Translations under genes and position numbers: made by a program
Shown here: positions 44,442 through 58,700 of the stretch, one piece after another
Position numbering within the stretch: the first letter of the stretch is position 1
Layout: every line of letters starts with the position of its first letter
DNA from: Blastocystis sp. Blastoise
Lineage: Eukaryota; Protista; Bigyra: Opalinata
NCBI GenBank assembly: GCA_039096225.1
Contig: JBBPEB010000013.1
Location: forward strand, 1,240,001 to 1,304,000
Direction of reading: 5' to 3'
Length of the DNA stretch: 64,000 nucleotides
Notes under the pieces: model-generated
Databases searched by the model: none
Told to the model about the DNA's origin: nothing
What the model saw: only the letters and a program-made list of their open reading frames with translations

Positions 44442-44826
44442 TTCGATGTCATTCTGGTTTTTATTTCTTCATTTGAAAATCATTCGTTTAAATGAACCAA
44501 TAATAATTATATATTTTTTTATTCATGGAAAATATCCAAACTAGCCCAATATCATAACAATAATCTTGAGAAATCGAAAAAACCCCGAGAAATGACTTTT
44601 TAAAAAAGAATCATGAAAACATCAAAAAAATAAACTCAATTCAATAGGAAAATCATGATTATTCACAATTGGGGAAAAAAGAAACGAAACATAAAGAAAA
44701 TAATGAAGTCATTACTCTAATAATGTATTTTTCACATTATTAAGCTACAGAAGTTTAAATCTATTAAATTATCGATATATATTCGATATATAGTCTAATC
44801 ATCTACATAACATATATATAAATAAC

Positions 44827-45724
44827 ATGAGAAGTTTCACAGATGATCTATCTAAGGTTGAAAAACCTGAACATTTAAATATTATGATGAATTTCAGAAC
44901 CAGGAGATGTGAAGAACAAGATAAACCATGTGGATGTCCTGATGGTTCAAAGGAAGGCAATAAATCTTTCGTATCACACTTTTTATTTTTTGTATATATT
45001 ATTTATTTATAGCACAATTGTTTCAACTATCACGAACTCTCGGAAAGACGTCGTTGCCCTATTCAATTAGAAACAAATACTGAATTGTATCGACCTGCGT
45101 TGTGTAAAGCTTTCTATCCTAAAGATGACAAGACTTGTAAATGTAAGAGAGGAGATAACTGCAGATATTCACATGGGTATGAAATTTATTATTCCTTTTT
45201 TTTTTATTTATTAATGTTCATTGTAATTATTATTAAATTTTATTATATAATATATTTAAAGAAATTATTGGATTTTGTGACAAATCATGTTTAATATAGG
45301 TATTCCGAATTACTTTTTCATCCCTGTAATTTTAAAACTCGATTATGTGAAGATTGGAAGAAAGGTATTGAATGTCGTTCTGGTAAATATTGCTGCTTTG
45401 CACATGGAGAAGATGATCTTCGAAAAGGTAGCGTCATAGAAATCACTGAAACTAATAATAAATCACCAAGTATATTATTATTTTATTAGATAATTTTTAT
45501 TTATATTATATTATTTATATTCTTTTTATTTATATTATATATATATATACATAGGTGAATTAGTATCTGAATCCTATTATTTATCTTCTAACTCTTCAAA
45601 TGGAACTCCAGGATCCTCTTCTAATAAGTATTTATATTATTTATTTTATTTATTTAATTATTTATTTATTATTTATTTAATTATTAGTTTTTATTTATTT
45701 ATTTATTTATTTAATTATTAGTTT

Positions 45725-45756
<32 letters not shown>

Positions 45757-45766
45757 TTATTAGTTT

Positions 45767-45809
<43 letters not shown>

Positions 45810-45815
45810 TTTGTT

Positions 45816-45846
<31 letters not shown>

Positions 45847-47074
45847 TTATTTATTTATTTATTTATTAATAAATTATTTATTTATTAATAAATTATTTAT
45901 TTAATTAATTTATATATTAATTAATAAATTATTTTATTTATTTAATATATTAATTAATAAATTAATTAATTAATTTATTTATTATAGAGATGGTAGCCCT
46001 CCATATGGTATTTCTTCTCCGACAGTTTCCCGCCACTATTCAAAGACATCTCTCTCTGCTTATGATGCGTACCCTGTACTTCGAAAGAATTCTTCAGTAA
46101 AATCTACAGGAAGTGGCAGTAGTACAAATACTAGTAATAATAGTAATACTACAAATACTACAAATAATACGAATAACTATGATGCTGCTTCTAAGAATTC
46201 GAATAATTCACAATCATATTATAATACTATGAGCTCGTCATCATTTGTGAATCCTTCAGCAGCCAATAAAAATACTATACTCCCTGGATCATCATCCTCT
46301 GGACAGAAATACTATTCCAATAATAATACTCAATCCCTCTCTTCTGTTCAATCTAATACACAAACATATTCTAATAATAATAACAATAATTATTCCTATT
46401 ATAACCGACCTACTAATGCTCATATTCCCCGTGGTTATTCTTCATCAAATTATTATAATCCCATTCCTCGTACTCCTTCTCAACCCTCAGGCTATCCTCC
46501 TTATATGTCGGATTCGTATCATTCTTCTTCATTCCATTATATATCTCCTCCTCCTAGTAACATGAATAATAATATGAATAATAATAATAATATGAATAAT
46601 AATATGAATAATAATAATATGATGAAACCAACATGTTCTACTTCTTCTGTTCGTTATAATTATAATTCATTTGATTATTATGATCATCCCTCTCTACCTG
46701 AATATACACATTCTATTGATTCTTTTCCTCAAACTTATATTAATCATTGTGACCCTTTTCAAAATAATATGAGATCTGTTTCAAGTGCATTTCAACCCGG
46801 GATTTATTCCCGCGCTTCACAAAGTAGCTTATCAGGATATGATTCTTATTCTACTTTAGATATGTTTGGATCTATTCAACCTTTTGAGAATAGTAATTCT
46901 ATATATAAAGATCATTCTACACAAAGAATAGAAGGAGAAAGAGAAAGACAAGAAGGAGGAGAAGAAGGAGGAGAAGAAGAAGAAGAAGATGTATTTGTAT
47001 TTAGTCCTCCTTCTAATAATATGAATGACAATAATATGAATAATATGAATAATAATATGAATAATAATAATATG

Positions 47075-47105
<31 letters not shown>

Positions 47106-47238
47106 CTTATTATTCAAATAGTTCTATAAATATCGGTAATACAAATATATCTCGTCATAATACCAATAGTCATACGAACATGATTCTTAATAGTAATAAT
47201 AGTATGCATACTATGTCTACTATGTCTACTACTACTAC

Positions 47239-47273
<35 letters not shown>

Positions 47274-47521
47274 TGATAGACTCTTTTAATGGAAATAGTA
47301 TTCCAAATGATCCCAATTATTATGCAAGAAGAAGAACTGTGTCTCAACCATTAGATCCATTTAAGAATTCGATTCGAAAACCATTCTATACACAATCTCA
47401 AGATCATTTGGTATATATATATTATTCTATTTTATTCTATTTATTTATATATTCTATTTATATATTATTATATATATATGTATAGGATTATAATTGGGGT
47501 ACGTTTCAATTTAATTGTTAA
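44827..47521 (+). CDS. Unkempt-like tandem CCCH zinc-finger protein with N/S-rich tail (multi-exon)
   Basis: FRTRRC..CFNYH..ERRRCP..YRPALC..CKRGDNCRYSHG..ELLFHP.NFKTRLC..CCFAHGEDDLR. Confidence 0.85.
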
Positions 47522-47835
47522 TGAGAATTCATTTTGAAATATATTTATTATAATAATATATATAGATATAGTTGTTACTAATGATTATATTAAATTTATT
47601 TCAGTCTATATCTGTGTATATCTGAATAGTTTTCTGTTTCTTAAATAGATATTATTTATATATATATATGAGTATATAAAATATATTACATAATATCTAT
47701 TCATCTATTTATATATATTATATATTCTATTTAATTTATATATAATAATTCTATTTTTATATTACATGTCATTTGATTTATATATATATATATATATTGT
47801 TTCTTTTTTAATCAAGATTGTATATATGCTATTTT

Positions 47836-47866
<31 letters not shown>

Positions 47867-49610
47867 TACTGCTTTCATCGAATTGTTTTCTACACTTTCT
47901 CAATTATATATATATATATCTTTTTCATTAATAATAGTATTTTTAATTTAAAAATTATTTCTATACTTATTTTGCTATATATTCGCGTTATCGAAATAGA
48001 ATTATATATTTTTATTTGTTTATTTTTTGTTTGTTTGTTTATTTATTTTTGTTTATTTTTTCAGTTATATATATATATATATATATTATTTGCTTTTCTA
48101 CTCCTAATACTCTTGAATATCCTTCTTTTTTGTCACCTTTTCTTTTCAACACCTTTTTTTCTATATCTTATTTATTACATTTATATATATATATATTCCT
48201 TCTTATTCTCTATTAATTTGTCTATTTTATATTCTTGATTCTATATATATAATCTATATATATATACATAGATTATATATATAGACATAAATGATATAAT
48301 TCTATCATTTAAAGAGATCTAGGCTAGTTTATTTATGATCTTTCTCTTCTTTTTTTAAATATTTATTTGAGTATATATTTTGTAATTAATTCACTTTTGC
48401 TTATTTAATTTATTTTTATCTGTTTCAGTTTGTTTGTATGAGTATCTCTTCGGAATTTGTTTTTTCTTTTTATTTTATATATCAGAAAAGTTGGTTTATT
48501 TCGTGAATGAATGTTTAATTATGTATTCTTCTTATTTGTTTTGCTATATTTTAGAATCTTTAAACTATCATAAATACTATCTTAATATCCTATAACAGTA
48601 GGTAACTATATATGTTGACTTTTAAATAACCAATAATTTGTTTAAATATATAAAAATATTATTATCGAATAATAGTTTTTCTTATGTCTTTAATATAATC
48701 ATCTTTAAAGAAAACAATATGAATTTAACAAATGATTTATATTGATTATTAAAACAGAAACAAAATATATATATACAAAAATGAATCAAAAAGAAAGCAA
48801 GAAATGGATATACACAAGTAATATATATATATATATATATAAATTGATAACAGAGTAGAACCTGAATTAACCCAATTTTAATTAGTATATACTCCAAATA
48901 TATTTATATAATTATCATGATCTATATGTTTAATTAGATTCACTGTTTCTCCTTTATTGTCACAATATTTATGGAATTCTCTAGAAGAATAATAATGTTC
49001 ATTTGCTTTATATAATATATAATAATAAAGAATGCAATATATACATATCTAAATAATAATTATATTTCTTTTTTTTTTCAAAATCAATTAAATAATGGAT
49101 TATTTATAAAAAATGAAACTATTATATATCATAAACATGAAAAAATACAAGAATTGATAAAACTATATGAATCTAATGTTCATTTTGACACTTATTGTGA
49201 AAATGATTAAAATAAAAAGAAGTTTTAATAATTAAACTTAAAAAAATAATAAATAGTATCAATTCTTTCAACATATTAAAAAAAAGTAGATCTCAAGGAA
49301 GTTTTTTCTATATTTTTTTATAAAAATTATATATTATAAAAATAATTATAGTTATCTATATTCAGGATATCATTGTCATAACAATAATTCTATAGAAATA
49401 TAATCTATTTATTTTTATATGAATAATTAATAAAAATAATATAATAATGAATTCATAATATTCACAAATAATACTAATAATATTCATATACTATAATTGT
49501 TATTATTATTATTTACACATTATTTAGTCACATCTATTTAAAAAATAATAATTCTATATATATATAAATAATAAAAGAATACTATACAAAAATAAATAAA
49601 GAATTTATAT

Positions 49611-51740
49611 TTAAGTATACAATATAAAGAATAAAAACCATTTATATAGAAGAATGTATTTTTTCTTTTATAAATTTATAATCGACATGATTTTCCTGAA
49701 TAAATGTTGAATCCTTTAATTGTTGTTCATATATATCACTCTTTATATAAATTTTTGAATCTATATAATATATTATTAATATAAATAACTAAATATATAC
49801 AGTGAAAAGAAATATTTTTCAATTTAGGAAATCTTCCAGTAGTAATAAAATTGATAAGTTTCGATAATTGTTCATCATCATATATATATAAATTTAGGCT
49901 CTTTATGTTTTGAGTTTTATTTTGGTTTATACATTCAAATAATGTTTCTATCTCATATTTATTCATTGTTTCATCTAATAAAAGTGTAATACTTTAATAT
50001 ATATATATATAAACATACTTTCTCTACCAATAATTGAATCTATAATTGAATTATTATCATATTTGTATCGAAAAATTGAAGTATTTGGATCATAAATATA
50101 ATCATCATAATAATCAAAATCACACTCTATAGAATAACGATTTTGATGAATAAAAATAGAATCATTTTATTGATGACATACCACCTAAATGGACAATACT
50201 TGAGGATGGAAAGTAATTATTATTCATATATGTACACAATGATTTAATAAAAGAAATCCACCATTTATTGTCATCTTTACTATCTATATTCACATTTTAC
50301 AAAATAAAAAGAATTATTATATAAAAATAAATATATATATATAAATATTCATAATTTATAATAATAATAAATATTATTATTATTATTAGCATATATATAT
50401 ACCAAGCTGAATTTTTTTTAATTGAGGGAAATTATCTGTAGTATATAGTTTTAAAAAATTATCATCCGTTATATCACTAATTCCTAAATGATTATTCATA
50501 AAAAAATATTAGGATGCAATATGCAATATATTTAAATTAGAATAATATATATATCATATATTTATACGTAGAAATAATTCAATTGTATTATAGAAAAAAC
50601 CTTTAGGAATTAATTGATTTATAAAAGACATAGTACAATCTAGTATAATAGTTAAAATTAATTAAATAAATTTTCATAACAAAATAATTATATTTAAAAA
50701 TAATTTACAAGTTATTTTTACACTAGAAGCCTTAGGAATTAATATCTCCATTATATTTTCATACCAAGTTAAATATTCAGATGATGAGTATTTTTTCATA
50801 GAATATACTATATATATTCATATATATCTAATAAAATATAACATACAATTAATTTTTAATTTATGAATAGTATTAAACTTATTGTCATTAAATAGAGTTG
50901 ATATCCATGTTAAATACTCTATACTAATATTCTTATGAACTATAGATATTATACAAAGATTAAAATAGATAAATATATATATATACAACTAACAGTTAAC
51001 TCATTCAAATATAGTAATACATCACTCTTTAAGAATCTTTCTAATGAATTTCTTTTATCAATTTCATCTTGATAAATATCTATAAATGAATAAACATTAG
51101 TATTATTATATTCATGAATATATATATTATATATATATATAAGTACTGTTGAATTCTATATCTAAACAATTAATATACTGCTTATTATTTTCAATATAAT
51201 CTAACTTTTTGATATCTTGTGATGAAGAAGAAACAACTTTATATAATAGTATATATATAATAAATAATATATATAAGAATAAAATAATAGAATAAAGAAA
51301 TATTTCATGCTATAAAGATTATCAACGGAAACTAGATTCTTCGCTAATAATTCATTTAAATGTGGGAAAAAACAAATACAATCATCTATATAATAAAAAT
51401 ATAAATAATTAAAAATAATTATATAGATAGTATCATAGTTTTTAGTATATATATAATACATATACTCATATCAATTGTATCAATATGAATTGAATAAGTA
51501 TAAGCTAAATCATCTAATAGAGAAGCCATTTCCTCTTCTTGATTTAAATTAATAGAATGTATATGAATAGTATCAATTATAGATATTATATTAACAGGAA
51601 ATACGGACTCAAAATTTTCAGTATCTAGATCAACAATAATAGTCTCTTTATTAATATATCAATATACCTATTATAATGTCGTAAGTGATAATATGTAATT
51701 TTTGGGAAGCATTCTTTCTTTATTAAAGATAATTTGAATA

Positions 51741-51790
<50 letters not shown>

Positions 51791-53399
51791 CCAACATAAT
51801 CGTCATAGATGAGTTCAGTAACATTAGGAAATACATGAGTTGTCATTATTTGGTTCAATAGATTTAAATCAATTTGATTCTTTAGTAACGAAACTATATG
51901 GAATGTAATTAATAATAATTAAAAACAATACTCCCATAAACACCTAACACAGTTGAAGAATCAAAAAATCCTTCATCAAGTAATTTCATAAAAAACATAG
52001 GATAAAATAGACAAGAATAATCTAAAACATATTATTTAATTTATAAAATATATTTATTTACATGGATTTAAAATGATTTTGGAAATACACAAATAGGAAG
52101 GAAGAAGTAATAATTGAGATATACCATATTCTGAAGATACTTCATGAATACTATGTAATATATATGTTTAAATGCACAATATAAAACAATATAATTATTT
52201 ACGAGAATGTTTTATCATTTGTTTTATCTATTTATAATAATAATAAATTAAATAATTTTATAATATATATACCATCATATTCAATTTGGACAATACCTTT
52301 TGATATATATTCATCTTCTGTGTTATTTATTTCTACTTGTGAATAATCATTTGTATATATAGCTTCATTAATGATATATTTATATAATTTAGGTAATTCA
52401 TTCTTTTGTCTTTTTTCATTATAGGCATTAATAATATACTCAGGATAATATATTTTATTAAGATCTAAAGAAGAAATCTTATTATATTTATTCATCTCTG
52501 ATTCAGTGTAATACTCATATTTTTTACGTTTATATACTCCATTATATATTCATCACTATTTGGATTTAATAATAGTTCAGTTTTCTTGATATTTGTATTT
52601 ACTATATATATAATATAATATATATAATAGTTATATATACCAGTTAAATATAATCTTTCTAAAGAAGGAAATATATCTTTAATACATGATGGACATATAT
52701 ATTCTATTGGAATACTTGTTGAATAATCATCTATAGTATTATTATTTATGTTATATATTATATATATTTACATGTAATTTCAACTCTAATTATATTCATC
52801 ATTTTAACAAGAAGAGAATAATAGTATAATTTATCTTTTCGTTGAGGTGTAAATAATCCTATATATATATATATATATATTATAAATATATATACATACC
52901 TTTAATATGTATTTCTTTTTTTTCTATTCGAATTAAATAATTCCATAGGTATATATGATTGAGAATCTTTAATATAATAACCATATATATCTAAACTACT
53001 TTTTTTCAAGTATTCAATAAATAACTCTTTAACATGAAATAATAAATCACTTTGAATAATGTTATTTATCGTAATTGAGTATTCAACAAGTGTTTCATAT
53101 ATATCATAACTATCTTTCAAATCTAATGATTCAATATCTACATTATCTTCCATTAAAAATTGAATAACTTTTTCCATATGAAAAGGAAGCATATCTATAT
53201 AATAACTACCATCATCATATTTCTCAGAGTGTTCGATGATGTCATAAAAGGGAAATTGTTGATATTTCTCAATAAACTCTTTTGAAATCCATAATTGCGT
53301 CTCATCTTGGAATGTAAACAAATCTATAAGAAAATAAATATTTCTGAATTATATTCAAATACATTTATCTTCGCTTAGACTAGTTTCGGTTGCTGACAT
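49611..53399 (-). CDS. BTB/POZ-like N-terminal domain + degenerate LRR-like repeats, lineage-expanded family; apparent frameshift near 52920
   Basis: FTFQDETQLWISKEFIEKY..YYIDM..VIQFL, followed by FP.L motifs (FPSLERL, FPNVTEL, FPQLKK, FPKLKNI) over many short exons. Confidence 0.65.
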
Positions 53400-54167
53400 G
53401 ACTCTAAATATACTATAGTTTCAATGAAATCACAAAATATTGATCGAAAAATATTTTTAAATAATCTTCAACACGTACTATATTTATACCTGATAAATTT
53501 GTAAAATAAACAACGAACTATTTATTAAGCTAAAAAAAATAAAACAAGAAAGTTTTTTTAAACTCCCTATTAAAAAAAATATTCTCTATAAAAAAAGAAA
53601 TAAACATGATTATACTGTTTTTGTCTTGTTTATTTATATATCCACGGTTATATAATTAAAGGAAATTTGAAGGGTAGAATAGCGAAAATCATTTATATAT
53701 TATAAAAACTAATGTTGTATGAAAAAATTAACAATTAAGTATTTCCAAAAGGCTTTGTCCCAGTTTTATATAGGGGCTTTAGAGGAGAAAAAGAAATTTA
53801 TAAGAATTGTGTTTATTTATAGAAACCAACAAAAATGTTGCTCAATTCCAGTAAAATAATATCTTTGTAAAAATGGGCAATTTGAAAAAATAGTCGCGAT
53901 TCTTCACGGTTCATTTTTTTTGTATATGTTTCTTGAAGAGAAACCAAAATAAAAAAATTAATAACCGTGGGAAAAATGATTTCCTGATATTTTCAGATAC
54001 TTTAAGTGATTCTTTTGTTAAATTTCAGAACAAACAAGAGTAAACTTTGTTTTACTTGTTTTACTGTTTTATTATCATTTATATTACTTGATACAAAGAT
54101 AATTGTTGATATTAGTATGCTATACATTGTATGTTAAATTAAATAAATAAAAGTACTAGATTAATTC

Positions 54168-54712
54168 ATGGATTCAGAAACTAAACAACAAAAGCGTAGT
54201 CTAGAACCTTCAGAATCAGTCTGCAAACATATAAGAGAAACTGTTGACTTCATTTTTAACGATGAAAGTAGAATTAGTGTTGAATTGTCTTTTTTGAAGA
54301 AATATCCAACGTCGTTGTTATCGAAAGCAGTTGAGAATTCTGCTAATTATTTACAAGATGAAGATGCTTACTATATAGATTCTTCAAGATTTTCTGTTGA
54401 ATCTTTAATTTTATTAATGGAAGGAAAAATTACACTTGATTCTTTACCCATGAATGAAATCTGTGAAATAAAAAAAGCTGCTAATTATTTCTTTGTAAAT
54501 TATATAGGTGATGTTAAAGTCAAAATAGAAGTTGTTCTTAAAGGTTTATTTCAAGATTTTATAAAACAGAATAATTATTCAATGTATTTATATATTTTAT
54601 TATTATGTCAAAAAATGGTTATAGAGAAGATGAACCTAATAAAGAAGGTGAATTTTCTAAAGAAGATCATATTACACCAAAATTATGCATTCAAGGTATG
54701 TATACCTAATTA

Positions 54713-54743
<31 letters not shown>

Positions 54744-55099
54744 TGTTTTTTTAGGTGTAATAACAAAGGAAAGAAATGAAGAGTTTGAGCAATATTCACG
54801 ATTATTTGATGTATTGAATATTAAAAGAGTACTAATAAAATGTATGTTTTATTTTATTATATATATATATATATATATAATATTATAATATAGTTTATTT
54901 TTCGGAAGATATTCCTTATGAATATATATATCCCTCCAATTTACATGAATTATTTCCACAATTAGAAAAATATAAACTTAAAAGTATATATATATATATT
55001 ATAAAAGTTGTAAAACATAAAAAAAATGTATAATTTTTATGTGTTAAACATGTATACTATATAGTACAATACTTTTTAAGCCTTGGAACGTATTATTGA
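54168..55099 (+). pseudogene. truncated paralogue of the BTB-like gene
   Basis: FIFNDESRISVELSFLKKYPTSLL..YYIDS and IPYEYIYPSNLHELFPQLEKY align with IPIEYICPSCIKDIFPSLERL of the neighbour. The frame ends at TGA 55097-55099, far short of the paralogue. Confidence 0.55.
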
Positions 55100-55771
55100 A
55101 TAATTGATATTTCTGTTTAATAAACTCCACTATAACTTCAAAACGGTTTTCAATGACTCTGTGAGTCATTTTAACGTTGTAGAAAATGATTAGAGTCAAA
55201 AGGATTAATAAACAATCATATGTTTCAAAAGGTTAAAAGTACTTCATAGTAGAAAATATGAAACACAGTTTTCAAAATAAAAGCTATAGTATTTTAATCT
55301 TTATAAAGACAAAAGAAGAAATAGCATATAAAAGAAGTATAGAAGAGTCATTTCTCCAAGTGAAAACCCACAAATGTGGTAGAAAAAGAGAAGATATATG
55401 GGTAAGTTAATTGATTTCTCAAAAACAAATAATCAATTTCTATTGGCTAAAAGTGAGAAAGTTAAATCACAGAAAGTTGATACAACTTACTATTATCTGA
55501 TAAGTACTTATTTTAACTTTCTTTCTGTCATTTTCTATAAATCCCCGTTAGAAATCATCATTTTTAACAAGACACAATAAAATATGAGATATAGACATAA
55601 AAATATTATTGGTTAATCATAAAATTTCTACTTTTGATTCGATAATCTCAAAAGATGACGTTTTTTGAGATATATATGACGCATATAGTCTTAACATCCC
55701 TCATAAAATTGTTACATTTCTTGTTTTGACATATTTATTTTGCTTTATATTTCAATAAATAATAAATAAAA

Positions 55772-58700
55772 ATGAATAATTTTATGAAAATTTTTATTTT
55801 TATAATAAGCGTCATCAGTATATCAATCAATAATTTACTTTTTCATTTTCAATCATCGCTGTCTTATTTCTTTCTATATAGTTGCTGGATCTTGTTCTAC
55901 TGGTGAATATGAAGTTATTCTTGAACGTCAATATGCTAGTAATTCTGGTGAAGTAGTTAAGATTGCTTCTGCTGAGTCATCATTCCTAAGAAATAATATT
56001 GTTTTCCGTGATGAATCTGTTGCTACTCAAGATTCTAAGGTTGAATATAAAGTTTGTTTAGATGGAAATACTGATTATTCTCTCGAATTGTCTTCAAAGT
56101 AATTCTTATTGTTGTTTTATTCAATCTATTTTTCTTATAGAGGTTCTATTGCTTGGGTTGAAGGTTCATTTGTTTCTTTGACTTGTAACCATGTTATCCT
56201 CGTTAATTCTCGTTTAAATGCTGATGATAATGGAAAGAAAATCATTAAATTTAATCGTATATACATATTTTTATGTTATATCTAAATATTATTTATAGTA
56301 TCTACTCTTCTTGCTTCAAATAATAACTGGAAATATGCTACTTCTGTTGATACTACTTCTTGGAAGGAAAGTAAGTTAGAAGAATTTGGTGAAGACTATA
56401 AGAATAAAGAAATAAAGAATGCTGGTTCTAGTGTTTATTTTAGAAAGGATATAACTGTAGATGATTCATTTGCGGTCATTCAAATTGCTGTTCAAAGTCA
56501 AAGTGGATTTATTGTTTATGTTAATGGGATTAAAGTGGATACTTATTTATTACCTGAGTATGTTTAGCTTATTATATCTATTTTTTATATATCTATTTTT
56601 TATATATCTATTTTTTATATATCTATTTTTTATATATCTATTTTTTATATATCTATTTTTTATATATCTATTTTATTTATATCTATTTTATTTATATCTA
56701 TTTTATTTATATCTATTTAATTTATAGATCTTCTAAAATCAATGAAAATACTCCTTCTCAATCTCTTGAAGATATTCCTGCCTATAAACAGTATATATAT
56801 CTTATAATATTACTCTAAAATATATATAGTATTATTGTTCCTAAAGAATTACTTGCTTCCTCTGTTTCTCTTACTACATTAAAAATAGCTATTGAATTAC
56901 ATACTACTGCTGATCATCCCGAAATTCTTTCTTCTTTTGATGCTCTCACCTATATTACAAATTTTAAAGGTATATATATATATAAATAGATTATAATATA
57001 TGCTTTATAGATTCTATGGATACCCTCTCTATGCTTGCCTCTAGAAGACTACAGGATATCCCCCAATATACTATGAACGCCTTTGAAGAAAATCAATCCA
57101 TTGATTTCTCTACTATATTATCTCTTTCATTATCGAATTGTGTTCTATCTACTGATTTACCTACTGGTTTAACTTTATCTTCTAATTGTATTCTTTCTGG
57201 TACTCCTAAAGAAGTTAAATCTGCTAAATATACTCTTTCTTATACTGATGATGAAGATGGTAGTTCTTCAAATACTTATATATTTAATCTACAAATATTA
57301 TGTAATCCTACTAGTTGTGCACATGTACGTGTTAATAGAATCACAACAAATTTTGGTTCTTCTGAACAAGTTATATTAAAATCAGAAGATGGAAATGAAA
57401 TAACTACTTTAATTCAAGGTAATTGGATAAATCAAAATTATGATTATTATGGTCCTGTGGGTAGTTGGTCATTTGAATTAATAAAAGAAACTAGTGGTGC
57501 TTGGAGTGATGACTCAATTATGACAGTATATGTTATAGATGATATTAGTAGTACATCTATTGCTGCTACTAAAATGAGAACTATATATAAGTCTCCTGAA
57601 ATATATTATGTTAATACTAATTATTCTATGTTAATGAAATCTCAATGGAAATATAATACGTATAATTCTTTACCTACAGCATGGTATGGATCTTCTATTG
57701 ATGATTCTTCTTGGTCTACTATTAATAGTGGTGCTGCTATTACTCCTACTGTTGCTAATCAGTATTTTGTATTCCATAAAACTATTAACACTCCTTCTAT
57801 TGTTAATCAAAAGTACTTTATATTAAGTTATAAGACCATATCAAATACAAAGATCTATATCAATAATCATGAACTCGCAACACATGGATTTATAGATGGC
57901 TATTTAGATTCAGCAGATGCATCTACTAGTATAGATCAAACAGCAACAGGTCCTCTCTCTCTATTTGACAATCAAGAAACTATTACTATTTCTGTATTAC
58001 TCTATGATAAACAACATACTATTGATATATCCTTTGATGCTTCTCTTCTAATGGTTGTCGATACTAATCTTCCAGTTTATGGTAATTATGAGGTAACAGC
58101 TACAAATGATTTATCGTCTTCTAATTATGATTATATTGTAGACTTAAACATCGATTCATATATGTCTATTACAGGCAATTCAGATAAATCAGATCCAATA
58201 ATTTCAATATCAATGAATGATGGATATAAATATATAAATAGATATTGTATAACTCGTTTAACTGGTAATAGTTTTCTTTCTGCTCCAAAATCATGGAAAG
58301 TGGAGTCTATAGATATAAATGGTGTTCGTCATGAACATTCAGTTGTATCGGACGCATTTAAATCAATTGATGATCCAAGAAGAAGATGCTTCTTCTTATC
58401 TGATGTTACTACAGGAACTAATAAATTGGAATTTACATTAACAAATAATATGATTAATAAAGTTGAGAATAAATATTCTATATCTGAAATTGAATTATTT
58501 GTTGATGATATTACTTCTGAAACATTACCATTATTATCTACGTCTTCTAATCCTTATTATGCTTATGATAACACGACTATATTAATATCACTTACTAATT
58601 CAGATTACTATCATCATTTTACTATTACTCCTTCTCTTCGTGCTGGAGCATCTTTTGATACTAATACTGGTTCTATATATGGTATTATTCACGGATATAA

